From Proteromonas lacertae (taxonomy: Eukaryota): a DNA stretch of 42,035 nucleotides. Under the pieces are notes generated by a model. The model searched no databases, had not been told where the DNA came from, and saw only the letters and a list, made by a program, of their open reading frames with translations. This document shows positions 26,145 through 37,978 of the stretch, piece by piece. Position 1 is the stretch's first letter, and each line of letters starts with the position of its first letter. The stretch spans positions 1 through 42,035 of the forward strand of contig NGBS01001217.1 in assembly GCA_002245135.1 (NCBI GenBank), in the 5' to 3' direction. Position numbers and translations under genes: made by a program.

Positions 26145-27180
26145 AATGGTTCAAAGAAATTATTAAAGATACTGGATGTGAGTCAGTTAAATTCAATAGT
26201 TGTTGCTGAAGTAGTTTCTACAATGAATAGAGTGAATAATATGAATATACATGGTCTAATGAAATACAAAATCATAGAAAGAGATGAAAACTGTTTATAT
26301 AGAGTGATGAGAGAAAATAAAGCTCATTTAGATGAAATAAACCCTGTTAAGCAGTTTGAAGAAAGTAGTCTGTATGCTATATTGAATGTATTGAAAAGTT
26401 TAAATGAAGCAGGAACAATTCACAGTGATTTAAAAACCATCGAATATCTTTTTAAATGATGAAAATGAAGTGATAATAAATGATTATTGTAATAAATTAT
26501 TGTTTAAAGGGAGAAAAAAAAGGAACAAGATAAAAGAGAAGATTTGTGTTTTGTTTGTATAGATGAATTATTAGGAAAAGAATTAGATATATCAAGTGAT
26601 ATTTGGAATTTTGGATTATTATTTTATTATATAAAAAGTGGAACACATCCATTAAATGTGAAATATACTTGTTAAAGATACATGTTAAAGAAAAGAAAGA
26701 TAGATTGAAATTGGATAAAATAATATCAGAATTGAAGAGTATATAATATATTTATTATTACATAATAAAATAGAATTAAATGAAGCAGAACTTCCAGTCA
26801 TTCCATTTGAAGAAGAAATAAAGATTGATGAAAGGATGAGTATAAATGATATAAATACATTTTAAACTAGAAAATCGAATAGATGTAGTTATTGATAAAT
26901 GTAAAACAGAAAATAGAAATAGTTTGAATTATTTATATGAAAGATGAAGGAATGAAATATTTATGTTCAAAACTTGATAGAATGAATAATGTAATAGAAA
27001 TAGATATTCAATGTATGATAATTGAATAATAATATTTATAGGGAATAATTTAACTTCAATTGGATTAAATGCATTCTCAGAATGTTTGAAATTCTTTCCA
27101 AATTTAGAGATACTATGGTTATATGCTAACCCATTTGGTAATAATAATAGTTTAAGAATATATTCAGAAAATCTTCATTT
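26145..27180 (+). pseudogene. 5'-truncated inverted copy of the degenerate kinase followed by LRR exons
   Basis: 26145-~26810 is nearly identical to the reverse complement of ~10876-11540, with an extra A at 26432-26436. Downstream are RI-like LRRs (EDEGMKYLCSKL; NNLTSIGLNAFSECLKFFPNLEILWLYANPFG). Confidence 0.75.
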
Positions 27181-27192
27181 TATCATAATTAT

Positions 27193-27432
27193 AAACAAGA
27201 AAGTAAAACAGCAACAGTAATATTAGGAGTAGTTGGTGATATCCCAGATGCAGAAATGAAACCTCCAGATAATGTACTATTCGTATGTAAATTAAATCCA
27301 GTTAATGAAGATAAAGATCTAGAGTTGATATTTAGTAGATTTGGTGATATTAAAAGTTGTGAAATTATTCGTGATCACAAAACAGGAGATAGTTTGCAAT
27401 ATGCAATTATAGATTTTGAGAATGCCAAACAA
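27193..27432 (+). pseudogene. PPIL4: Fragment of PPIL4/Cyp59 cyclophilin-RRM gene (RRM part only)
   Basis: [62 protein letters not shown] is the diagnostic PPIL4 linker and RRM, truncated at both ends. Confidence 0.85.
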
Positions 27433-27439
27433 GATATTA

Positions 27440-28123
27440 ATTCCTAATATACCTGAACAATATAAAAATCAAAGAATTCTACTGATAATGGATAATTTTT
27501 CTGATCATCCGCGTATTTCAAATTATAAAAATGTTGATATATTATATCTTCCTCCAAATTCAACTTCATTTTTACAGCCTTTGGATCAAGAAATTATTGC
27601 TTCCCTAAAACTAAACTATAAAAATATAATATTAAATAAATACATTAGTTCTCTTGACAATTATGAAAGAATAAACAATGCTAATAAAAAGACTGGAATA
27701 TCATTGTGTCTAAAATCTTCAATTGCTGAAGCATTATATTATATGACACTTGCTTTTGATCAAATGAAACCATCTACAGTGATAAATTGTTTTATCAAGG
27801 CTAATATTTTGTCAGACAGACAAAAGGATATATTAAATAGAAAATTAGATGAAAACCCTATTGAAGAAGATAAAATAATATATACAGAAAAGATATATCC
27901 ATTCTTGGATATAATCCCCAATATAGAATTTGACACTGATGAAGAGTACCAAATGAGTATAATTGATGATGAACTGTCTAATATAACAGATATGAATTCT
28001 AACATTCGATTGGTTGATAAAAAGGTAAAGCGAAAATTGAGTGAATTGCTGGAGTTAGTAAAGCATTATCCTGATGATAAACGAGCCAAAATCGAACAGA
28101 CTCTTAGATCTATAAAAATATAA
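27440..28123 (+). mobile_element. pogo/Tigger-type DDE_1 transposase, C-terminal fragment
   Basis: RILLIMDNFSDHP...ILYLPPNSTSFLQPLDQEIIASLKLNY...TVINCF. N-terminal HTH and first Asp are absent. Confidence 0.85.
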
Positions 28124-28516
28124 AAATATTATAATTATACTATCATTATTCACTTTTCTTGTATATATGTTAATATTTCTCTTTAATGATACTATCATAT
28201 AGCTATGTATATCTAATATATTTAATTTACTTACAATATTTCTAAATAAGCATTTATATACATTGTAAATGCTAAATGAATTTTTTTGACATTACTAACT
28301 TATCCCAGAAACACATAAATTATGTTAAATGATATATTAAAAAAAACTCGAAAAAAGGTTTGATTAAAAGAGTTTGACTGTATGTGTTTTTAGAGACATA
28401 AAAAAGGCTGAAAAAAATCCAAGCTTCTTTTAGGCTTGAGTAAATCTTTTTTTTCTTTTTTGATTAATTGTAAGTGATATATACTTATTTTTTTGATTTA
28501 TTGCTTTCTTTTTTAG

Positions 28517-29274
28517 ACATAGTTTTACCACCTGAAGCAATAAAGAAAGCAATAATGTTATGTGATTCTAATAAAATAGAAAGACTGGTGTTTAATCACA
28601 AAAAAGGTTATTTGAACAATGTATTTAAGTTGAAAGGATCAGATTATTGTATGTGCATTATATGTGGAGTTAGATACACTTGTAATGTGCGAAATGGTCA
28701 CGCAATTAGAACTCATATGGAAGCTATGCATAATTATAAAGATATGGATGGTATAATTGATATTGATGAGGTTAATGACTAATTATTCAAATACATCAAA
28801 TTTGATTGCATTAGTCATTAAAACGACGATAAAATTAAGTGTAGTATGATAGAAAGACTAAAAACAATAAATCGATACAGTGATTTACCCCTTTTATCAT
28901 ATTTATTAGATCCTCGAGCTAAACAGTTTATTGTTGGAAGAACTCTTGGTTTCACGATATAGAATATCATACAGCTGAGAGAATATTAATAGAATTGATA
29001 GACAATAAAGAAAATGAACCTATTGAAGAATGTACATATACCACTAGTTTAGATAAATAATAAATAATCCGACAAAACGTAGAAAGATTATTAAATCAAA
29101 TGAAGTAATGGATTATATTAAATATATGATGTGTACTATAGTACTTTAGAAAGAATATCTAAAATGTAGCTTTAATTAAAGAGCATATTCCCAAGAATAT
29201 ATTTACTGGCTAAAAATACATTAAATGCTCAATCTACATCATCAGAACCAGAAAGAATTTTCTCAGAATGCTAG
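28517..29274 (+). mobile_element. Decayed, internally deleted hAT transposase
   Basis: BED finger CIICG...AIRTHMEAMH, LSYLLDPRAK (~28890-28923) and dimerisation motif FPRIYLLAKNTLNAQSTSSEPERIFS (~29187-29265), with stops between. Confidence 0.8.
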
Positions 29275-29570
29275 TGTAAGTAATTTATCAAAATCTAACA
29301 TATCTTCTGAACATCTTCAGATTATTAGCAGAAATAATATAAATTTTAATACAGCTATATACATTTTTTATTTGTAATTTTGTCAAATTGAAAAAATAGA
29401 TACAATCTGATAATGAAGAAAAATAGATTTTAATAAAATAAAGCTTGAAGCTTATCCCACTGACTGCTACACTATCATCCGATTTATACAACCCTGTTAT
29501 AATTTATAGCTGCATAAGATAATATAATAATGAGTATTAGGGGAAAATAAATATTGATAAGTAATATATG

Positions 29571-30461
29571 CTGTTGTGCGCCGTTTGTCATAGTTGGCCC
29601 GATTTAGAAGCTGTTGCAAGCCGTTGGGAGATAAGTGAGTTATATTCAAATATTATCTTACTTTGCTATATAAGCTACATATGCGATATATTTCTTTTTA
29701 AGCTTCCACATATAATTACTTTTAAAACAATCTAATACCATTTTAATCTTAGTTATAATGACCTACATTATTCTTTATGAACTTCATTATTCTTAATATT
29801 AAACAAATTTTTTTATATTTTCTATTTTAATGTATCAGTCACTATTATAGTCTAACAGCAGCTTATTTAAAAAAGAAATTAAAATGTAGGCTCAACGGCT
29901 CACAACAAGTATAAAAAAGCTAAAATTATTATATTCTATTAATCTAAAACCTTAATTTCGTTATCTAATATTGCTATAGACATTTAATAAAAAGTATAAA
30001 CAAACAATGTTTGACAAATAACAGATTAACCAGAACAATACGATAAATAGCCAACGTAACTTCAATGTAATCTGAAACACATTTATCTCCCAACGGCTTA
30101 CAACAGGTGCAAATATAGAATAAGGGCTACAAACCATTAGGCTCGAATGCTGTGCCTCCAAGCTAGACCATTAGTAACGCTTCTTTTTTATAACTTGTTT
30201 GATCAAGCATCAATTCAATTTTGCTAAGGATTGATTTGTTGGCACATTCAAATAAGTTCATTAAATAAACAAACATTCAAACCTCTTTATTCAAGAATAA
30301 AGATTTTAATTAATTAATAATCGTATAAGAATTTCAAATCAGCCAATCTTAATTCGTTGTTTATTGTGATGTTTACTATTTGTTCTACAACACTTTCTTG
30401 TTCATCAAGCTTATTACCTCACTGCATGCGCCAGGAGCTAACTATGAAAAACGGTGCAACA
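29571..30461. mobile_element. Nested degenerate non-autonomous TIR elements with CTGTTG-N4-CCGTT ends
   Basis: CTGTTGTGCGCCGTTTGTCATAGTTGGCC at 29571 has a degenerate partner at ~30437-30461. An inner pair is CTGTTGCAAGCCGTTGGGAGATAA (29611) / TTATCTCCCAACGGCTTACAACAG (ends 30106). 29634-29703 recurs inverted at ~41125-41193. Confidence 0.6.
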
Positions 30462-30975
30462 TATCTTATTCTTAATACATTATATATTTTTCTCTTTTTT
30501 ACTTTTGTGCTCATAATAGGGAAGTTTCGAAAAAGATGTGAAATTTTTTAACTATTTTTATGTTATAAGAAAAATAGTCGTTTTGCTTTCCCTATATAAT
30601 AAATAATTAAATCGTTACAAGCTATTTAAACTGTATGCTTTCTCCATCATATAAGTCATGTTTGAGCGAATATCTACGATATCTTACTAATTTGTAATAC
30701 AATTAGGCTTTATAATGCTTTTATCTATTATTGATTTTAGTCTTCTAAACCACTTAAACTATTTACATTCGATTCTATAACCAGTTTTATGGATTTTACC
30801 TTAATTTCATCATCTTTTATGTCAATTATCTCCTGTGAAGGTAAAAAATCCTCTTCTTCCTTCTTATGTAATACTAAAATCTATTTTTACATCATTCTTT
30901 TGCGAATCTTGAAGCGGTTAGTTTTTGCTCGTTAAAATTAACTGTCTTAATCTTTTACTTCTTTTTATAACCTTC

Positions 30976-31613
30976 TGTTGTGCTCCGTTTGTCATAGTTG
31001 GCCGTTTGTCTACCAGACACTTTTAAAACAAACTAAATGTATATTCTTACTTGTCTTGATGAAAAATTGTTACTTTTATACTTACTTTGTTATATGACCT
31101 ACATCTGCAGTAAACTTTTTTGTTAATATAAATAGTTTGAATATTTGCACCGTTTGTTTTCTAGAAATTTTTGAAGCAAACTAAATGCATATTTAGTTAA
31201 TATAAACTAAAATATATTAGCTGAAATGATTAGAATATAATAATTATTAAAACTTTCTATATAAAAAAAGAAATGTAAAAATAGGCTTGAATGAGGCTTG
31301 ATTCTAAATTTTCTTTTTTCTTTTTATATGTCTTATGATCAATATTAAGTTGTTCTAAACATTTCAACTAATGTATTTTAGTCTATATTAGCTAAATATG
31401 CATTTAGTTTGCTTCAAAAATTTCTAGAAAACAAACGGTGCAAATATTCAAATTATTTATATTAACAAAAAAAGTATGCTACAGAGGTAGGTCATATAAC
31501 AAAGTAAGTATAAAAGTAACAATTTTTCATCAAGACAAGTAAGAATATACATTTAGTTTGTTTTAAAAGTGTCTGGTAGACAAACGGCCAACTATGACAA
31601 ACGGAGCACAACA
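30976..31613. mobile_element. Foldback MITE with ~250-bp terminal inverted repeats
   Basis: 30976-~31228 is the near-perfect reverse complement of ~31360-31613 (ends TGTTGTGCTCCGTTTGTCATAGTTGGCC), with a ~130-bp AT-rich spacer. Confidence 0.9.
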
Positions 31614-32120
31614 ACTTGTTCTGTATATATTAAATATGATGTAATATTCATATCTTTCATGATGTCCACAAAAATAGCTAAGTAGTTTGTCCTTTTACCT
31701 TTCCAATGCTCCATTTGAATATTCACAAATTTAGTGTTTTTTATGTAGCATTCCATTTTCTTTTTTATTAATGATATTATTGAATCGGTTGAATCTGATA
31801 TTTGCTTATATGTAGGTAGTTTTATATGTAATGTATCAAAAAAACTACTGAACCCTTATCCATCTCCAAATCGCAAAGGTCGACAACCTATGCGTAACGC
31901 TGCCACGTATTGGTAAAGAATTTTTCTATTGATATTGCTGTATGTTGGTAATGTTGTATGATTAAAGTGTTGGATTAAATTTTTGTTTTTAATGCACTCT
32001 TCACTAAATTTATGTTTATTCATTAGATGGCTTTTTAAGTGTGATGTGTTTGAATCCTTTTGTGCACCTAATTATATCTATTATAAAATAAACACCAATA
32101 TTGACGTTAAAATTGCATAG

Positions 32121-33065
32121 GATGCATTTTCTTTTATATACATATATTTAATATTTCCTAGCAAAGGAAAAGGAGGACCATATTCTTTATCATACTACAT
32201 CTACTGTGCAATAAAAAGATGGAATAATGATAGTATTATATCAAGAAAAATAAAATTAATTTATAAAGAGTCAATTACTTTAAAAACTATTCAGAATATA
32301 ATACAGAAAGCACATACATTTATATGGTTTGAAAGAGCTGATTACATATATCTTGTAAATAATTCTACCTATGATTCTATGTTTAAAAAAATAATATATG
32401 GACCAATTGTTACTCCTTTAAAATGGTTTGCTATGCCTAAGAATAATTCTTATGAAAAATATTGGTGTTTAGTAATGAAAAAAATAAATGCATTTGCAAC
32501 TCATTCGATTAGAGTTAAAAATCACATTATTAATCGCACAAATTGTCATTTTTATCTTACTAAATATTATATACTTACTCCATGCTTAGAATATAAACAT
32601 AATATAAATTTCATCAACTCATTCAATCAAAGAAAGGTAGATTTTTTAGTTTATACCAAATATTCTGATTGTAGAAGAGTAAATGATGAAAAAATATTAA
32701 TTGAATTTCTTATACAAAAATATACAATAGAAGTTATAAAATATGGGAATTATTCCAAAAGTAAAATGATGTTATTAGCTAATAATGCTAAATTTGTTAT
32801 ATATTTCTCTTTTTATGATACTGGCACACTTTCATTACTTGAAATGAAAGCAATGGGAGTATGGCCTATATCACATCAAGAAGAATTTATTGAAGAAGGT
32901 TATGGTAGTATATTAAAAGAATTAGATACTAATATTACAAAATCTTTATATTATTTAAATGAGATATATAAAATAAAATACAATCCAAAAAAATTAGCTT
33001 TAAATGTAAAGAATAATTTAAATTGTGTTAAATCATTAGAGAATATAGTTAAATTAATTAAATAA
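32121..33065 (+). CDS. Putative GT-B fold glycosyltransferase-like protein, intronless, 5' end disrupted
   Basis: Frame is open from 32121 (after an in-frame TAG, no ATG until 32379). C-terminal YDTGTLSLLEMKAMGVWPI resembles the GT4 E-x-G-x3-LEAMAxGxP motif. Confidence 0.45.
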   Translation, partial: DAFSFIYIYLIFPSKGKGGPYSLSYYIYCAIKRWNNDSIISRKIKLIYKESITLKTIQNIIQKAHTFIWFERADYIYLVNNSTYDSMFKKIIYGPIVTPLKWFAMPKNNSYEKYWCLVMKKINAFATHSIRVKNHIINRTNCHFYLTKYYILTPCLEYKHNINFINSFNQRKVDFLVYTKYSDCRRVNDEKILIEFLIQKYTIEVIKYGNYSKSKMMLLANNAKFVIYFSFYDTGTLSLLEMKAMGVWPISHQEEFIEEGYGSILKELDTNITKSLYYLNEIYKIKYNPKKLALNVKNNLNCVKSLENIVKLIK

Positions 33066-33093
33066 CAATATTTTTGTATAATTTAGCTTAAGA

Positions 33094-33999
33094 TTATCTA
33101 CATCGATTGGAAATATAGTACATATTTTTAATGCTTATTCCATGAACAGCCAAGTGTAACTGTAAATCTTTGCAATCTAAAAAACTATTTTTACGTTTGT
33201 AGTATTGATTAATTCTTATTATTTTGATGTGATAGTTATAGAAATATATTCCCATTTGAATATCCTCTCTATATATCAATTTGGAGCTATTTAATTCCAA
33301 TGTATTTATGAAGGTACTCCAGTTATGTAGCTTAGGTAAAATATAAAAATTACCTGCTACAAATTCAGGTAAAGTAGTTAGATTATATAAAGAATAAGGT
33401 AAATAGTTTTTATTATTTTTATCTCGTTTTGTTTTCATTGAAGGGTAGAAATAACCATAAATTACTTTATGGTTATTTTTGGAAATTAGAATATATAATA
33501 TAATTAATTGTAAGTTAGGATATACATCACTATCAACTCTTAAAATATAATCAAATCTGTTATATACACTTTTAGTCCAATTATATAACAATAGCGTAGA
33601 TATAGTTAGGTTGTAATAATCATCATGAAAAGAAAATTGTAGAAGATCTGTTTCTTGTGATATTTCATTATCAAATCCAGAAAAGAATATAATTCTAGAA
33701 TCATAAATATCTAAATTTTTACTCCAAGTATTTCTTATTAAATATCTTCTATAAATATTAGAATAACATATTGGTACTACAATCAATATTCTTCTAAATT
33801 GAGTTATGTTAATGTTTTTAATTATTCTAAACAGTGATGGAGTTTTTACATGATAATGATCAATAGTTGTAGATAAATAGTTGTTGCAGTTGCTAATATT
33901 ATAAATATAAATGAAAATTACAGAATATATAAGTATAAGAATTAATATAATTATTAATAATGATAAATCACATATATTATTGAGAATAATGAATAACAA
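33094..33999 (-). CDS. GT31 beta-1,3-galactosyltransferase-like protein, intronless, TTG in place of a start ATG
   Basis: TM segment, RRYLIRNTW, DDYYNLT, RVDSDVY (DxD), FVAGNFY, REDIQMG, AVH. Confidence 0.8.
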   Translation of the reverse strand: MLFIILNNICDLSLLIIILILILIYSVIFIYIYNISNCNNYLSTTIDHYHVKTPSLFRIIKNINITQFRRILIVVPICYSNIYRRYLIRNTWSKNLDIYDSRIIFFSGFDNEISQETDLLQFSFHDDYYNLTISTLLLYNWTKSVYNRFDYILRVDSDVYPNLQLIILYILISKNNHKVIYGYFYPSMKTKRDKNNKNYLPYSLYNLTTLPEFVAGNFYILPKLHNWSTFINTLELNSSKLIYREDIQMGIYFYNYHIKIIRINQYYKRKNSFLDCKDLQLHLAVHGISIKNMYYISNRCR

Positions 34000-34014
34000 T
34001 TACTATCAGCTAAT

Positions 34015-34640
34015 CTAATAGTTGAATCTCTTTATAATTATACTCTGTAATGTTTTATTTCTATCATACTGATGAATAATAAATGGTAATGATTTATCTT
34101 TTCTGTGTATTGTATTATTTTCTATAGTGAAACAACAATTATGAAATATATTTCTAAAAGTTAATTCTATTCCCACGGTAAATATAAATCCATTGTTATT
34201 GAGATTTAAACATATATTCGTACTTTTTATTCTATTTTGGTAATATATATAGTTTAATACACCATGATCTGATGTAAAATGATAATATTATTTTAAATAA
34301 ACTAAATATTGTTCAAGAATATCAGTAGGTTATATGAATCTCCTCCATTCATTGGAGTTTGTTCCATCTATCTTGTCTTATTGCAAATGGATAACTAGCA
34401 TCTTCACATAAAACAATTCTATTTTTAATTTTTATAGTTTCTGGATTTATCTGTAATATACTAATTCTCAAATCAAGGAGAAACACATTACCATATTTAT
34501 AATAATACTTCATCAAAAAGCAGTAATACAAGCCATATCTATTTATAGCCCATTTATATTCTGTTATATTTTTAGGTAATATACATACTTTTACCAAATT
34601 ATATAATGAACTATTCTCAAACAAAAATGGCCATTCTTTT
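34015..34640 (-). pseudogene. Decayed glycosyltransferase-like gene with C-terminal HQYDR motif
   Basis: Fragments VFLLDLR...LQINP, SDHGVLNYIYY and PFIIHQYDR, interrupted by stops and frameshifts. Confidence 0.5.
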
Positions 34641-34675
34641 GAGATTTTATTTATGAATAAAGAAAGATATATAGT

Positions 34676-34993
34676 ATGCTGATAATTATAGCATGTCCTA
34701 AAGATGGTAAAACATTAAATCTAAATGTATCATCTTTTTTAGTAGATGTTGAAATTATTAAATTTAATAAAGAAAGCAATACATATGATAGTAGAGAGGC
34801 TGGTTTAATGTTAGATTATATTATTCAAACTTATAGTATTTCGAATTATAATATATTATTTTTTATTCACAATCATGATAAATCAGGCCATTATCCAACG
34901 TCAATTATTATAGCCATTATTCATGATCATAATTATTATCCAATGTTCAATCCTAAAATGTTCCTTATCCTCCTGACTGCAGTGCAAATATAA
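34676..34993 (+). pseudogene. DUF3431-like fragment
   Basis: REAGLMLDYIIQTY...FFIHNHDKSGH matches the EA..YL.YII..Y...F.H.H...WH pattern. Truncated. Confidence 0.55.
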
Positions 34994-35027
34994 TATTGTA
35001 ATTAATTACTTTGTATTGACCAAATTA

Positions 35028-36292
35028 TTATTTTATACTAGAATGTTTTACAAAATCTTTGAAAATATAATAAAAAGATGATGTATTTAAAACAAATTCA
35101 TCATCTTTTTTGTTGTAAGTTGAATAAATACCATAATAATTATATCCTAAAATAAAAGATAGTTCAGCAAAACATAATACTGGAAAATTATCATTTATTA
35201 ATTCCATTATTTTTACACCATTCTTTGATACTATAATGTTTGTTAATCCTGCACCGTGAGGTGCTACTATTATATCTGCATTTGAAAACATATCTATCAT
35301 TACTGTGAACTTAGTAGAAGGCTCATATATATTACAATTATAATAGTAGTATTCATTACATATTTTGTTAACAATGTCGAAGAAGTGTTTTAATCTCCTA
35401 GTATAAAGTCTTCTGATAAATAGTATAATTGGTGTTACATATTTATTTTTATTTTTTATTTTTGCTAATAATATATTTCTTAATTGCAAAACTGAATATG
35501 TATATATTGACGAAGTACATTCCACTCTTTCCATCATTATTACATATTTAGAATATACATTTCCAGAAATTATATTATTTACAGATATATCAAGCAACAT
35601 TAAATAATTCATTATAGCGCGCTGTTGTTATGAATATGTATTTGATAATTCGAAATACTATTTAGTATTGATAGCAGTGGAATAATTTTAGTAAGAAAAT
35701 TAATTATTGAATGATATATTGCAGATCCTAAATATTGTGTGTTATTTGGATTATTATATTAGTATTATTCTTTTTTAAATTGTAAATTGGTGTATTTAGT
35801 ATTTCTTTTTTGCATCTACAACCTCCTTTAATAGATATATATTCGTTGCATAATGTTAGTATTGAACCATATTCATTTAAGATGATATTTTTGAAAAATA
35901 TATCATGTATGATTTATTTTCATATACGGTAGATGACTTTCTTTTGATAATTAAATTTCTCTTTCTAATTACATTATTTCCAAATTTTACTGCAAACCTT
36001 TTAGTTATTTTAATATAAATAAATCTATTATTTGATAACACATTATTTACATTAGCACAAGAATAATTTTTAGTTATGTTATTATTGCATTTAATAATAA
36101 TAATTCCATCCATTTTTCCTATTGTTGATAGAATTACATTTTTTGTTCTGAGTTTTGGGATTTTGGAAATACTAAATATAAAGGAATTATAAATAAATTC
36201 CAATATAATGAAGCATATAAAGAACAAATAAATAAGTAAAGAAAATACTATTTGTATAATTTAGATTATAAGAAATTTAAAGTTTTGTTCAT
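35028..36292 (-). pseudogene. GT61-family glycosyltransferase, 5' half frameshifted
   Basis: FIRR...RRL, FSNADIIVAPHGAGLTNII...IMEL...FAELS..LG..Y in 35028-35612. The upstream TM-bearing fragment 35877-36227 is inferred to belong to it. Confidence 0.7.
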
Positions 36293-37978
36293 AAACATAT
36301 GATTAATAAACATCTTTGATGTTATTATATCTTTTATTATTACGAATTATTTTGTTATATTTTTTTCCCCTACATTCTGAAAATATTAATCTACAATCCC
36401 AACACTTATCAATACTCCAACGAAGATAGTCTTGATAGTAGATCCAGATTCACCTCCGTGAATGATCTTACCGATCAATTCTATGAGAGGATCCATTGGA
36501 GCCATTACCCTTTGGTAGCTCCGATAAAGCTACCTTGAGAACCAACAATCGAAGAAGGCGAAAGTCAAAGGGAAGGGATGTTCTCAAAACCAATGGACTA
36601 GGTAAAGTAAAACTTCATTAGGCCAAGAGAAGCAAAGGTGGTAAATCAAGGACCAGTAGAAGCACCAACAAAGTCATTATCTATCGTCTCTAAGTAGTAA
36701 AGTCTTTCCCAATGATGAACCAACCCCTTGAAGATCCACAACTACAACAGCCTGAAGAATAAGAAGGTAACCTGATTGTCAATGATCCAAAGCAATGCTT
36801 AAGCAGCATCCCGAGATACTCAAGAAGCTTAAAGACAAACGCATGGAGAATACCATTGGTTGGTCAAGCCTTCAAGCTTTAGTTTTCAAAATACAATAAT
36901 AGCAAACAATTATAATAAATAAAAACTTGTTAGTAGTTACTTGTAATTTCTTGCTATCATCGTCTTCATCTTCATGTGTTCTGGAGATAAAGACGACCGA
37001 TTTAAACCACTAATTCTTCCTGTGAGGGAGAATATCCTCTCAACCTCACAGGAAGTTGGTGGGTATTTTAAATATTTTTGCGAAATTTTGAATAGATTAA
37101 GAAAGTCAAATTAAGGGCATATATGAGCCCAGCATAATATAACGAATTGATTGATGTATTTTTTATTGTCTAATTATGTTTCTAAGGGTAAAAAAACCAT
37201 AGGTGGTTATAGCACACATAAAACTGCTATTTTTTTGATAAAAAAATCATAGAGGCTATAGCACACTGTGCTCTGGCCCTTTCTTTCATTATTATTATAC
37301 TATTGAAAAGATAAAAGATTTATTAAATGATTTAGGAGCAGTCACTATATACCAGGATGAGTTTTAGGCTTATGCTAAAAGGCTAATGGTGCGAAGCAAA
37401 TTATGTTGGATTAGAGATCGTATAAGAATGTGGTGGGGAATCTTGAAGTTGTTCTCCTAGCCAAAAACTAACATATTATCCAATATCAATAACAATAACA
37501 ATGTCAATCTCACAGATTATGACTTATCTCCAATATCACCAAGATCCATTAAGGTCTAGCTTGGTAGCACAGCATTCGAGCCTTATGGTCTGTAGCCCTT
37601 ACTATATATTATTATTATCCTACGCTAAAAACTATTCTAAACACAAAAATAAAATTTGACCCGTAAATTTATTCAAACACTAAAATATATAAAGAATTTT
37701 AAATTCACCGCTTGCTCCAGCATAACCCGTACCAAAAACTAATACACACTCAAATCGCTTATTCTTACCTGTAGAAGGCACCTAAGAATAGTCTGGTACG
37801 GTAATACATATATATCATTAAACATAACATATTATTATCTTCGATCAACTTCAAAAACTAATTACTAATATTTTTGATATATTTTTAAAATAATATATAT
37901 TTATATACAAATAATAGTATCTAATATGAACAGAGAATATCAAGTTAATACTGTGTGTCTATACTCATCGAGGAGAAA

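Noticed and set aside
37553..37601. tRNA or SINE (A-box-like TAGCTTGGT, B-box-like TTCGAGCC)
   Set aside because: The boxes are only ~10 nt apart and no cloverleaf can be formed.
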